This document shows positions 10,106 to 21,800 of a stretch of DNA of 64,000 nucleotides, one piece after another (within the stretch, counting starts at the first letter, position 1; each line of letters begins with the position of its first letter). The translations under genes were made by a program, and so were the position numbers. This DNA comes from a virus. The DNA is taken from IMG/VR virus record IMGVR_UViG_3300032323_003754, positions 19,214 through 83,213 of that record; one strand, 5' to 3'. The notes below the pieces were generated by a model, which ran no database searches, was not told the DNA's origin, and worked only from the letters and a program-made list of their open reading frames with translations.

Positions 10106-11230
10106 ATGGCTAAGCAAAGACTTTACACAAGGGATGAGTATTCTCCGGAGGAAAGAGCTGTTATGGATGCCCTTTATGAAGGGCACTTTAAAAGTAATTT
10201 TACTGATAATAATATCAAATCTTATTCTAAGGAGCTAGAAGAAAATCAAGTATTAAGTGTTAAAATCACACAGGTAAGAGGAAACAGTGCAATAGGGGAA
10301 ACCTTAGTTGGACAATCCGTTTCGATTGATCTATCTAAAGAAGAAAAGGCAATCCGTAGATTAGGATTTCCTCCAATGGATGTTCAGGAGGGTACTCAAC
10401 TAGATGTTGTTATTTTCAAGGATAGATCCGGAGCATATAATGGTTCTCTTGCAGCAGGATATGAAAATTCTTTGAAAAATGAATTATCAGCATCTATTAA
10501 AGATGAAAACACTGCATACAGAGTTAGAATAGATTCAACATGTCCAGGTGGATTCATGGTAAACCTTTCTGGAATTAAATGCTTCCTTCCAGGATCTTTG
10601 GCAGCAGCAAATAGAATTATAGATTTCCAGTCATTTGTTGGTAAAACAATAAATGTTATGATTGAAACGTATGATGAAAAGAGAGATATCTTTGTTGTAT
10701 CGTTCAAAAAGTATCTAAAGCATATTATAGATGCCAAAGTAGAGGAACTATCTCTAACACAAAAATACACAGGAACAGTTACAGGAACATCTAATGCTGG
10801 TGTATTTGTTGAGTGGGACGAATACTATACTGGTTTAATTCCTGCCGAGGAATTTGAGAATAGTGGCACTAAAATGGAATTAAATGCAGGAGGAAGCGTA
10901 TCATTCTATGTTTCTGACTTCAGAAATCCTAATAGAATAGTATTAAGATTAAACCCACCTGAGGAAAAAGACAGGGAATTACAAGAGCTTAGAGACGTTT
11001 CTTTATTGGAAGATAAAGAAAATAAAATATATAGAGGAACAGTAACCAAAGTTAAAGGTTTTGGGGTTTTTGTAAAACTTGAAAACGGAATAGTTGGACT
11101 AGTTGAAAAGGACTATTTAGCAAAAAATCCTAAAGACTATGAGGTTGGGTCAGAAATGGCATTCACAGTCTTGGATGTAGAGCTACAGAGTTCGAAACTC
11201 TATTTAAAAGAAAAAATTGAAAATACTTGA
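10106..11230 (+). CDS. Ribosomal protein S1-like multi-S1-domain RNA-binding protein
   Basis: About 4 S1 repeats; GGFMVNLSGIKCFLPGSL..VVSFKKY resembles bS1 domain 2; GTVTGTSNAGVFVEW and GTVTKVKGFGVFVKL are S1 motifs. Confidence 0.85.
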   Translation: MAKQRLYTRDEYSPEERAVMDALYEGHFKSNFTDNNIKSYSKELEENQVLSVKITQVRGNSAIGETLVGQSVSIDLSKEEKAIRRLGFPPMDVQEGTQLDVVIFKDRSGAYNGSLAAGYENSLKNELSASIKDENTAYRVRIDSTCPGGFMVNLSGIKCFLPGSLAAANRIIDFQSFVGKTINVMIETYDEKRDIFVVSFKKYLKHIIDAKVEELSLTQKYTGTVTGTSNAGVFVEWDEYYTGLIPAEEFENSGTKMELNAGGSVSFYVSDFRNPNRIVLRLNPPEEKDRELQELRDVSLLEDKENKIYRGTVTKVKGFGVFVKLENGIVGLVEKDYLAKNPKDYEVGSEMAFTVLDVELQSSKLYLKEKIENT

Positions 11231-12680
11231 TCAAAATTTTTATTATGCAGCTCAAATAGGATTCGAGTTTGAATTCATGTCGTCTTTTACTAGAGACGAA
11301 ATAGCAGACAAAATTGGGGAAGATTTAGGGAAAAAAGTTAAGGTATTTAGAAAATACCACTCTAAATTTTCCCCAACTCGTGATATTTTTAAGTTAGAGC
11401 CTGATTTTTCCGGGGGTTTAAAAATGGTAGAGCTAATTACCGGACCGATGGATTATTTTGAGGCTATTCCAGTTTTAATTAGAATTCTTAAATGGATAGA
11501 CGAAAACGGATACACCACTGAAAAATCTGCATTACAATTTGGGCTAAGCTTTGATAGATTAAAATATCCATCGCTGGTTGATTTTAAGGAGTTAAATCCC
11601 TTGAAATTTGTTTTGGGTTTTGATGAGGAATTTATTTGGAAGAGATTTCCGGAAAGAAGAGGATCTTTATATGCTAAATCCATTAAGAGAATCTCCCCCT
11701 CTAATAAGTTCATTAGAGGATATAAAGACGTTTTAGGCGATCGAAATGCTTATAAAGTTTACACCGAGAAAAATATGGGTGTAAATCTAACCAAACTCGA
11801 AAAGGGCTATATGGAGGTTAGATACATGGGGGGTACAGATTATCAGAAAAAATACTCAGAGATAAAGGAAGTCATAGATTATACTATTAGTCATACCTTT
11901 AAATCGCTTTTAAGCAACGACACACTAAGCCAAAAAGAAACTGCTACCCTTAGTGAGTTAATTTCTAACGTTTATAAAGATACCGAGAGTTTTATTGATG
12001 CAGAATCTTTCATGAGAAATTATCCAAATTTTCATGTTAGCGTGGATTTAAGAGAAGATTTACAAATAATTAAAACATATTTTAATGAGGTTAGAAATAT
12101 CCTTTATAGCTTAATTGTTGAAAATTCAGTAACGGAAGGATTTTTAAACTACGACACCCAAATATCTAAATATCAATTAAAAGACGCGGTCACTAATAAT
12201 GCCAACATGATAAAGGATCTTGATTTGATCGAATGTGAGATAGAGGGAAATATTGGGAGATGTAGATTATTTGGTTGTGTATTAAATAATTGCCAGGTAG
12301 AGGATTCACAATTAGTTATGAACAACGATGTGAAAGAATCTAAAATAATAGATTGTGATCTAAGTTTTAGTAACAAGGTAATAAATTCCTATATAGATTC
12401 AAAGGATAGAGAAATCAGCTGTGAAATCGAAGGGGGAGTAATTAGATCTGGGTATATTACAAATCTGGCGGAGGTATCAAAAGAAACAGAAGTTATCAGT
12501 GATAGCGCAGATGCTAAAGGAAAGGATAAAGGAAAAGGCAAAGGCGGTAAAATGTTAGTGACCTCTGTATTTCCTGACAGAAATGATGACGGACAAATAA
12601 GGCCACAGGGACCTTTCAGCGATCTAAATAGCGGAAAACCTAGTTTTTCGATAAATAGATTGTTTAAAAATAACGAATAA
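11217..12680 (+). CDS. Amidoligase-like (COOH-NH2 ligase fold) protein with C-terminal beta-helix-like region
   Basis: IGFEFEF, ELITGPM, YMEVRYMGG motifs of phage amidoligase_2 proteins; TTG start overlapping the S1 gene. Confidence 0.65.
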   Translation: MKILDQNFYYAAQIGFEFEFMSSFTRDEIADKIGEDLGKKVKVFRKYHSKFSPTRDIFKLEPDFSGGLKMVELITGPMDYFEAIPVLIRILKWIDENGYTTEKSALQFGLSFDRLKYPSLVDFKELNPLKFVLGFDEEFIWKRFPERRGSLYAKSIKRISPSNKFIRGYKDVLGDRNAYKVYTEKNMGVNLTKLEKGYMEVRYMGGTDYQKKYSEIKEVIDYTISHTFKSLLSNDTLSQKETATLSELISNVYKDTESFIDAESFMRNYPNFHVSVDLREDLQIIKTYFNEVRNILYSLIVENSVTEGFLNYDTQISKYQLKDAVTNNANMIKDLDLIECEIEGNIGRCRLFGCVLNNCQVEDSQLVMNNDVKESKIIDCDLSFSNKVINSYIDSKDREISCEIEGGVIRSGYITNLAEVSKETEVISDSADAKGKDKGKGKGGKMLVTSVFPDRNDDGQIRPQGPFSDLNSGKPSFSINRLFKNNE

Positions 12681-12683
12681 GCG

Positions 12684-13454
12684 ATGAATACCACGGAAGA
12701 TCAGTTGATACAGGAGGTTAAGGATGATATTTCTCACTCGTGTGCTTTACCATATGCCTTAAATGATGGAGAAATAAAAAGAATTATAAAAAGGGCCAAA
12801 GCTTATTTTTATGACAACTACCAATATGCTGTCGAGGATAAGATCTTGGTATTGCCCGCTGTAATATTTGCAGGACCCCAATTTAGAGCAACAAGACAGG
12901 TTCAACTTCCTGAGTGTGTAGTAAGTGTATGGGACGTGAGAGAGGTTGGGGGATCTGGAATAGTTGGTACTCCTGACAGAGATTTTGGAGATAGTAAATT
13001 ACTAGGTTCTGAGTTAATGCTAAGTCCTTTCGTTGGAGATAATTTAGTTTACAGAACAGTATTATATTCATTTTTCGATTTAGCAAAAGCATATCTATTA
13101 GAGACATTTGCTTTTAATTATAATAAAAATACCAAAAGACTGACAATAAATGGTAGAGACCCCAATAGAACAACATCCACTGGATTAACTATGGGCGGTA
13201 GAGACGTCGGGGTTAGAGCATTTATTGCAATTCCTGAGGAAAATCTTTATTCTGATGAACTTTTTGTTAGATATGTTTTAGCAGAGGCTAAAATCAATAT
13301 AGGTAGACTTTTAGGAACATTCTCATATAAATTACCAGGAGACGTCACAATTAACGCTACCGCTATTCAATCTATAGGACAGGCAGAGAAAACTGAGGTT
13401 ATGGAAATGATTAAAAGCGAAAACACCCCTAGCTACTTTTTACAGTGGAACTAG
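12684..13454 (+). CDS. Neck/head-completion protein, T4 gp13-like
   Basis: C-terminal RYVLAEAKINIGRLLGTFSYKLPGDVTINATAI..EMIK matches the gp13 pattern. Confidence 0.8.
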   Translation: MNTTEDQLIQEVKDDISHSCALPYALNDGEIKRIIKRAKAYFYDNYQYAVEDKILVLPAVIFAGPQFRATRQVQLPECVVSVWDVREVGGSGIVGTPDRDFGDSKLLGSELMLSPFVGDNLVYRTVLYSFFDLAKAYLLETFAFNYNKNTKRLTINGRDPNRTTSTGLTMGGRDVGVRAFIAIPEENLYSDELFVRYVLAEAKINIGRLLGTFSYKLPGDVTINATAIQSIGQAEKTEVMEMIKSENTPSYFLQWN

Positions 13455-13481
13455 TCCCTTTAATTATCTTCTCCTAATATT

Positions 13482-13489
13482 TATAAATA
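13482..13489 (+). promoter_or_regulatory. T4-type late promoter TATAAATA inside an inverted repeat
   Basis: Exact TATAAATA 13 nt upstream of the gp25-like ATG. Confidence 0.6.
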
Positions 13490-13502
13490 TATAAGGAAGA
13501 TA

Positions 13503-13874
13503 ATGATCAAAATTTCGGACATATACCCAAGAAATCCTGATGATCCACTTTATGTGCCAAATAAGCTGGAGACTGACGATGTCGTAGAATCCACTATAGG
13601 TATGATAAAGCAGATTATGCTAACCAAACCTGGTTCGGTTCTTGGTGACCCGTTTTTTGGTATAGATCTTGAATCACTTATATTTGATTTTGAGGTTTCC
13701 CAATCAGAGTTGGAAGAGGCAATAAGCTTACAGCTTTATACCTACTGTACATTTGCTAGGGGAATATTAAAAATAGATTTTAAGGTTGGATTCTACCAGG
13801 GAGACACCAGAGATAGTTGTGTTATTGAATTTGGAATCAAAGGAAACCCGGTATTAGGAATAAAGGTAATTTAA
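13503..13874 (+). CDS. Baseplate wedge subunit, gp25-like
   Basis: IKQIMLTKPGSVLGDPFFGIDLESLIFD is the gp25 motif. Confidence 0.85.
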   Translation: MIKISDIYPRNPDDPLYVPNKLETDDVVESTIGMIKQIMLTKPGSVLGDPFFGIDLESLIFDFEVSQSELEEAISLQLYTYCTFARGILKIDFKVGFYQGDTRDSCVIEFGIKGNPVLGIKVI

Positions 13875-13877
13875 AAA

Positions 13878-15602
13878 ATGGATTTATTTAAAAAAAATCG
13901 GGCCAGAATACAGGATCTATTACAAGATACACTGGACCTTATACAAAGAAGATACAATCAAGCAAACCAGCTATTTACGGTGGCTTCTGCTTGGGGACAA
14001 ATTTTGTTTGTTTTACAGAACCTTTCCCAGCTTATTCTATTTTTTATAGAGGATTCGATCACTGAACTTGACATTAAAAAAGCAAGTAGAGAAAGCTCGG
14101 TTTATGGATTAGCTGCTTTAACCGGACATAATGCAACAAGGAGTAGTTCAGCAAGGGGTCAAGTAGAAATAATATGGAATGGCATAGATTCAACAACCGT
14201 TGGAGGTGGTGCAATACTAATTCCTAGATATGCCTCTATAAAATTTCAAAACGGAGGTACTGGATATCTTTTAAATCTACCACAGGATTTTGCTAGAATT
14301 AACCTTAATTCATCAACTAAAGTAACCTGCGAAATTATAGAGGGTAGTATAAGATCTACAGTTTTTACCGGTAATGGTACTATACTACAAAGCTATAACG
14401 TTTCAGATAGGGTAACATCTGCTATAGACAATTTTGAGGTTAAGGTTTTTGTCAATAGCGAGGAATGGAAGGTTTACGATTCTTTATATGACATACCATA
14501 TAACTACAAAGGATGTTTAGTAAAAACCGGAATAAGTAGTGGTATAGATGTTATATTTGGAAATTTAAACTTCGGAAGAATCCCTGCATTAGGCTCTACT
14601 ATTACTGTGCAGTATGTTGAGACGGTAGGAACTGGGGGTAATATTAATTCTATAGAACCTAATAAAATAGCATTTGAATTCGACGATGACGGAACGGACG
14701 TTTACGGAAACAACGTTTCTTTAAAGGAGTATCTAAAAGTTAGTTGTATAACTGCACCACAACTGGGAATCAATAAAGAGTCTATTCAATTGACCAGAAT
14801 ATTAGCTCCTAAAACTTCAAGATCGTATGTTCTTGCAAATCCGGATAACTATATTACATATTTTGAAAAATTCGGTACATTCTCTATTATAGAGGCATTT
14901 TCAACCTTTGATGATCAGTATTTAGATGACGACAATATTATTTACGTTCTATTGGTTCCCGATATCACACAGAAGCTAAAAACAAACGAGACGTACTTTG
15001 ACATCAAGGAATCTGAATTTACACTAACTTCATTTCAAAAAAATAGATTATTAAATTCTATTGAAGAGAGCGGACAAAAAATAGTTACCACCGAGGTTAA
15101 AATATTAGAACCTAAAATCTCAAGATACGTCATTAACGTATTAATTACGATGTTTGAAGGATATGATCCAGCAACGGTTAAAGGACAAATTATAGATTCA
15201 ATTAGTACCTACTTCATCGGGATCAGAAGAAGGGATAAAATACCAAGATCAGATCTTATTGCTATCGTTGAATCTATCCCTGGAGTAGATTCGGTAACTC
15301 TTTTCTTTGTTTCTCAGAAAAATGAAAACTACGCTATAAGCGTTTCCTCTTTATCTGATACTGATCCTAAGAAAAAAATAGTTTTAGGTTTGGATGAATT
15401 TGGTGATATCTCTTTTGATAAAGATGAGATTGCAATAATTACCGGTGGATGGTCAGACAGGGCTGGTCTTTTCTATGATAGGGGAGCGGATTTAAACAAA
15501 CTTTCTTCTATAAATATAGATGTTAGAAGCATAGTCCCTATCACGCATAATACTGAAATAAACCAGAGGAACAAGACCTTTATAAAAAATAGCACTCAAT
15601 AA
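13878..15602 (+). CDS. Baseplate wedge subunit, gp6-like
   Basis: SSVYGLAALTGHNATR, VIFGNLNFGRIP..ITVQY..G..GN and ESI..TR..AP motifs of gp6/baseplate J. Confidence 0.85.
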   Translation: MDLFKKNRARIQDLLQDTLDLIQRRYNQANQLFTVASAWGQILFVLQNLSQLILFFIEDSITELDIKKASRESSVYGLAALTGHNATRSSSARGQVEIIWNGIDSTTVGGGAILIPRYASIKFQNGGTGYLLNLPQDFARINLNSSTKVTCEIIEGSIRSTVFTGNGTILQSYNVSDRVTSAIDNFEVKVFVNSEEWKVYDSLYDIPYNYKGCLVKTGISSGIDVIFGNLNFGRIPALGSTITVQYVETVGTGGNINSIEPNKIAFEFDDDGTDVYGNNVSLKEYLKVSCITAPQLGINKESIQLTRILAPKTSRSYVLANPDNYITYFEKFGTFSIIEAFSTFDDQYLDDDNIIYVLLVPDITQKLKTNETYFDIKESEFTLTSFQKNRLLNSIEESGQKIVTTEVKILEPKISRYVINVLITMFEGYDPATVKGQIIDSISTYFIGIRRRDKIPRSDLIAIVESIPGVDSVTLFFVSQKNENYAISVSSLSDTDPKKKIVLGLDEFGDISFDKDEIAIITGGWSDRAGLFYDRGADLNKLSSINIDVRSIVPITHNTEINQRNKTFIKNSTQ

Positions 15603-15856
15603 TGTTTACTACAGAAAGAAAAAGTTATTACGAATATATTGGATCAACAGAGGATAGAAGATCTAACGCGGGATTTGATTACGAGGGAAAAATTCTCGAA
15701 AAAACTATGTCTTCTATAACACTTAGCGGCGATTCCAGTAGAAAAAATATACTAGAGTCAATTGAAAAGGTTGTTTTTAGATTAATAGAGACCACAAAGA
15801 ATATTAGAAACTTTGTAAATTATAGAGTTCCTAAAAATAATAAGTACGTTAGATAA
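15602..15856 (+). CDS. Hypothetical protein (baseplate cluster)
   Basis: 84-aa ORF with TAATG stop/start overlaps at both ends. Confidence 0.6.
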   Translation: MFTTERKSYYEYIGSTEDRRSNAGFDYEGKILEKTMSSITLSGDSSRKNILESIEKVVFRLIETTKNIRNFVNYRVPKNNKYVR

Positions 15857-18800
15857 TGAGTTATAAAAATTTACTCTTTTTCAATAAATCGGGAAGCCAG
15901 ACAAACTTAATTTGGAATGGTGATTTTTGGGAAGCTAGACTAATGCTGCCTGCGGTTTCTGTTGATCTTTTTGAAATCGAGCATTTTTTTATTGTTGAGA
16001 AATTTAAAAATTCTCAGGGTGAGATAGTCTATGGATACCCACACATAACCCCGGATCTGTCAGGTACAACCTCTGCTTCAAAAATCTTTGGATCCTTTAT
16101 TGCTGGATCAAGGAAGGTTGTAACGGACGTTGAACCTAAATTATCCTATGTAGGAGCTAAGCTTTTTTCTGTCCAATTTCCTAACGGCAATGAGGTAGTA
16201 GCAGTAGATGTTTCTGCAAAGACATTAACCCTTAATGATCCAGCAACCTATAACGAAACCTTAGTACCACTGGTTTTTAATATGTGGAAAGCTTCGTTTG
16301 AAACAACTAGAAACGTTTTAGATTTTGATACTTTCCCATCTTTTAAAGGCGAAGTAGTTAAAGGCAAAGATTACATTACTACCAATATAGATCTAAACTC
16401 TATTAAGGAAAGCTCCGAGCATTTAATGGTTCTGGGAAATGGAATTCCTAAGGATGCTAGAATAACCAGCATATCCGGAAAAAATATTTACCTAAATAAG
16501 ATATGTGAGGTTTCTCTTAAAAACACCACAGTTTTTGTTTATCCAGTAGAGGAAAGAAATGACGTTTCTGATTATATCTTCCAATATGAATTATTAGAAG
16601 ATCAGACACTAGATGCACCCGTATTAAATTCGATGCAAGACTCCTATATTAAAATAGGATACGATCCATCGGAATCCATAATTGATAACACAAGAAATAC
16701 TAATTTAATAGATTCTTCTAGTGTTTCTATTAATATAGCTCTAAAATCTAGTGAAGAAGGTATTTTTGGTAGAACACTAGTTATAGAAGATCTTTCTTTA
16801 GGCTATCCAAAAATTATAGCACGCATAGAAATACATGGCGAGACTATAGGAGAAGATGAGAGATACAAAACAATGTTATCTAACTTTGGTAGAAGACTAA
16901 ATTCTGAAGATGCGTTTATCCTAAGAGATACCGATCCTAAAGAGCCTTATACCGATTATGAAATAGTAAACGCTAAAAGAAAAGAATTACTTCTAGAGGG
17001 TCATGAGATTTTTCCATATTTAGGATCTTATAAGGGTTTAATTAATGCAATTAGATTTTTTGGATATCAGGATTTAAGAATTAAAGAATACTGGCTCAAT
17101 ATTAAAAAATCAGATACCGCAGAATCTGCTTTAAAACAAAATTCAGACTTTGTTGAGAAATTAAAATCTGAACCAAAGAGTCAATCGACTTTAATCGGAA
17201 GTTTGCTTGATGATGAAAACTCAGACAAATACAAGCAGATAGAAATATACGGAAAAAAGAAAGACGGAACCTACGGATTAAAATCCCCTATTGAAAATTT
17301 ATTTCCTTCTTCAAGTTTTAAGAAAACATCTCTGTTTGGATTATTTTATGATATCAATAAAATAGTAGAAGACGAATTTGATCAATTTGGTTATCCAGTA
17401 GTTGAAAATGCTTTTTTGTTTTCACCAGATGAAGTTTTAATGAAGCTGTTTGGTCTTAAAGAAAAACTAAAAAAAGATTACCTCCCACTTAATGCAAGAA
17501 TAATTGATATCACGGGGGAAGGTGTGTATTTCGGTGTATACAAAACCAGAGGATGGGTAGATAATTTAAAAATAGACGAACTAAATCAGGGTTTAGATGT
17601 TGAGATAAAGGCTTATCCTGAGTATGGTTATATCGAGGATTTAAGACCGTTTGGAATAAGGACAAACAGAACAACACCATACGTTCCTTTTGTTGGGTCT
17701 AATCAGTCCGTTTATAAGTTAAGCAATTATGGAAACACCGTACAACCTTTACCAACAAATCCAGTTTTAAGAGGTTCGGAATCTAAAAGACTTGCAGATG
17801 CTATCATTAATTTTTATGATGAAAGAAATTTCTTAGGAATAGAAAAATTTAGATTAGGCGATGGAGATAGTAAAAATGGGGGTTACCTTAAACTTTCCGA
17901 TGGGTTAAAATATGAAGTGCCCGCAGGATTTCCTACAGTTTTAGAAGTTACGTCCTTTATATTAACTTGGGACGAGATAACAAATAAATGGGAGGGATTG
18001 GACAGAAACGTTTCTACCTACTCAACCCAGATTGCATCTTTTAGTGATATCTTAAATTATACAGGAGATACCCATATTGATTCATCCTTTAATTTTACAT
18101 TTAATCTTAATACTCTTTTTGGTACGATATTCAATGTTACCCTACCTACTGGTATATCCTTTTTGAATCCAACGGTAGGAAAGGTTCAGATTAAATTCAC
18201 ATCTACTGATGATTCCGCTTGTCACTTTGTTGCCGAGGTTCAATCCTATAATACTTTAACCGGTGCTTGTGTTTTAAAACTTTTGAATGTTAAAAACGAA
18301 GGGGCGTTTAGTTCATGGGATATTGAATTAACAAACATATCCTCTAGTAGATTGGATGTAGAATATTATGACTATTCTTTTAATCCTGATGGATTCTATT
18401 CGTGGGAAAACCTAAGATTTGCTGGATTTTACGAGATAGAATGGACAGTAGAGAAGAAAGATGATAACCCCTTCTATTACGAATTTAGAGGCCGTTTAAG
18501 CGACTATTATAAAATCCCAGTGGTATTACCGTACGATGGAATATACTCCGTTAAATGCAGAGTATGGGACGGATTCAATGATATATGCTCAGTATATTAT
18601 GAAAACTATATCGAGGTTAAGAAAAGAGATATAGAACTTGCAAATGTTGCTAGATTTAGAGAGACTGAGGTCTATACCTGGGAAAATACCAAAAAAGACT
18701 GGAACAGTTATGGTTCAATGTGGTTATACCCGATAGAAGGAACTGAAAGAATTAAAATATCTAATCAGATACTTAATTTTAGCGAATATGGAAATCAATA

Positions 18801-21800
18801 TAACGAAGGACAAAACTGTAAGGTACTTAAGCAATTTGGTGACACTATAGCAACAGCCCCTGCTAGTTTTGGTCTTCAAAAAATACCTCTTTCTGCATTT
18901 ACTAGTAATTATCCAGGTGGTGGGATAGGTCCTGCAATTTTAACCTTAAATTCCTCATATCTTCCACACGAATTTGTAGAGGGAGAAAGGGTTACACTAA
19001 TAGATAACTTCAATCCTATTTCATCGAGTATTTCGGGTGTGTACAGAATCAGTAGGGTTACCTCTACTGGATTTTCAATTCCTGTTATATTGTCGGGTTC
19101 TGTAACTGCTTCACAATTCTCAGTTATTAAAAACGGTTCTATAACAATTAACTATAAGGGAAAAAGACAGGCTCGAGTAGAATTTAACGGAAGATTAGAT
19201 ACGACCCTTGGTAATTTAATGAGTGCATTAAATAATTCCAAAAAGGATCCATCTTTCGGTATAGACACTATATTAAGCTCTTCCATTTCGGATTCATTAG
19301 TTCAGGAATGGATGGATGTTACATTTAAAGCTCCAATTGGATCTGGTAATTTATATAATGGTGAGAATCTTGAAATTGTAACAACAGGAGGATTATATTC
19401 TTATGATGGAACATCCCGTGTTAAATCTACCTCAGCATTGATAGATGGCGGATCAAATTCTTATTCAGATTATGTTGACTATAATTTCGATGGCGATATT
19501 CCAGTAGAAAATATAAGATATTACGGGACTAAAAAACTAGATTGGGATGCTTTTGATGCTTTAGAGTGGGATAATTTATATTCTCAAACATGGCAACTCT
19601 ATGATTATCATCATGATTGGTTAGGTGGATTTTCCCTTTACAATTTACAAAGCGGTGATAAAATCAGGATTGGAGCTGATACTAAAGGAACAGTACTGGG
19701 TGACGCTTCGTCTCCAGACTATAGCCCAGGATATCTAGATTTAAGGGAAGCAGCAAATCAACTTAGTATTTCTACTGAGGCTGGTATTTCTAAATTCTAT
19801 TATGAAGTTAGAGGGTTTTCTAAATTACAGGGTAGCTTCAGACCTAACGGATTAATAAGACCGGAAAAGGAATTTATTGCAACCGCTTCGCAGACTAATT
19901 TTATTTATGAATATACACCAGATCATATAGAGGTTTATGTTAACGGGACTAAATTAACCTCCCTACAATATACTGCAAATGACGGTAATGTAATTAATAT
20001 ATCTTCTTCTATTTCTGCTGGTGATATAGTTAAAATAGTAGATCTTCCAATCTCGTGTCTCGCAATACCATATAACGGATCTACTGAATCATATGATGTT
20101 CAGCCTGGATTCTCACCAGGGGTAGGTGCTCCTACTTCGATAGTTCAAAGCAAAGATGGAGATATTGTAATGGGCGGAGATAACTTAACTGTATTTAGAT
20201 CTCCAACAGAAATTGATACTTATTACATCTCTTCTGAATATCCAGGATCAGTTCCTAGAAAAGTACAGACTGATGAATATAATAACTGGTGGTGCTATGG
20301 TGAAAGATGCGATGTTCCCCTTGTTATTTATAATAAACAAAATCCAGAAAAAACCAGGATTATTTCAACCACCCCTGTTGCTGGGTTTTCTAGACCAGAT
20401 CTTAATTTAATTCTTAATATACCGGATTCTAGATTTCAAGTAGTTGCCCTTGCGGTAGACAACTTAACCGATAACTTTGTAATGTATATTAAATACTATC
20501 AGTCTTATACATCGTCTGCACAAGATACTGTATTTAGATTGATTGAATATAATGCATCTACTAAAGAATTTGTTAATATATCCACATTAGGTCCACAGTG
20601 GTTAGGATCTAAAACGTATGATGTGGGAAGTATAGTTAGTCGGAACGGTAAATCCTATACATCATTATTAGGATCAAATTTCAATAAAAATCCAGAAACC
20701 AATCCAAATTATTGGAAGCTAATTTATCAAGAAAATATTGGTATTGTAGATGTTACCTCTATTTCAGTTAGACAAATGAAATTCGAATATGTTGGGGATA
20801 AATCTAAACTTTGGATGGCTACCAATGATGGAATTAAAATCTACGACGGAATTAAGATAAAGACTTTAAAGACGGGTAACTCTGGATTAGATTCCAATAA
20901 TACCTATGCTATTACGTTTGACGAGGTTGGTGGTAAATGGATTGGAACAACCGATGGTATATTCTATTTTGACGGCGGAAGATGGGGTGGATGGACAACT
21001 ACTTCAACCCCTTCACTACCCGCGGGAAAAACAAGAAATATAGTTAATCTTAAAAATGGCAGAATCTTCTACATGATTGAAACTGGTACAGGAACATACA
21101 AACTGGTTTATTTCAATGGAATAGAGTTTAAGATTTATGACAATGACCCAGGAACAACTAATCAATTTAGTCCTGCAGTTAACTTAGATTATGATTACGA
21201 GGAAATATATTTCTTTGCAAATAATGTTAAAACAATTTCGGGGGATTATACCAGATACGTAGGAGATCTTTTCTATCTAGGAGATGATGTAGGTCAGGAT
21301 GTTTATCTTAGAAAAATAAATTATACAATACCTTATATTCATGCATCCGCTAAAACTCCAGGTACGGCTGGATGGGATTTCATATATCATCTATCATATA
21401 GACCAATTCCTGATCCTATTTATTTGAAAAACAAGGGTCTAGGATCAGTTGAGGTTAATTTTAATTTAATTGTTGGTCCTTTATATACATCTTCGGTTAA
21501 CATAGGTAAAGATCCACAGTTACCTTATGTTGACACAAAAAGCTGGAAAATCCCTTCATGGATAAAATACGATTTTGAGAATGTTATAAACTCCCATCCA
21601 TCGATAAATGCTGATGATTTATTTTTAGATGCTCCACTTAGAGATATTATCTCAGGAAAAACTTCCCAGGAGAGTTATTGGAGAAATTCAAACGTTATAA
21701 GAAGTGCTCAGAGAGATAAAGGAAATATAGTAGATAGTTTTGAGTGGGTTATTAAGATAGGAGATTCTAATGATGATAGAGGAATTAAAACGTATATCGA

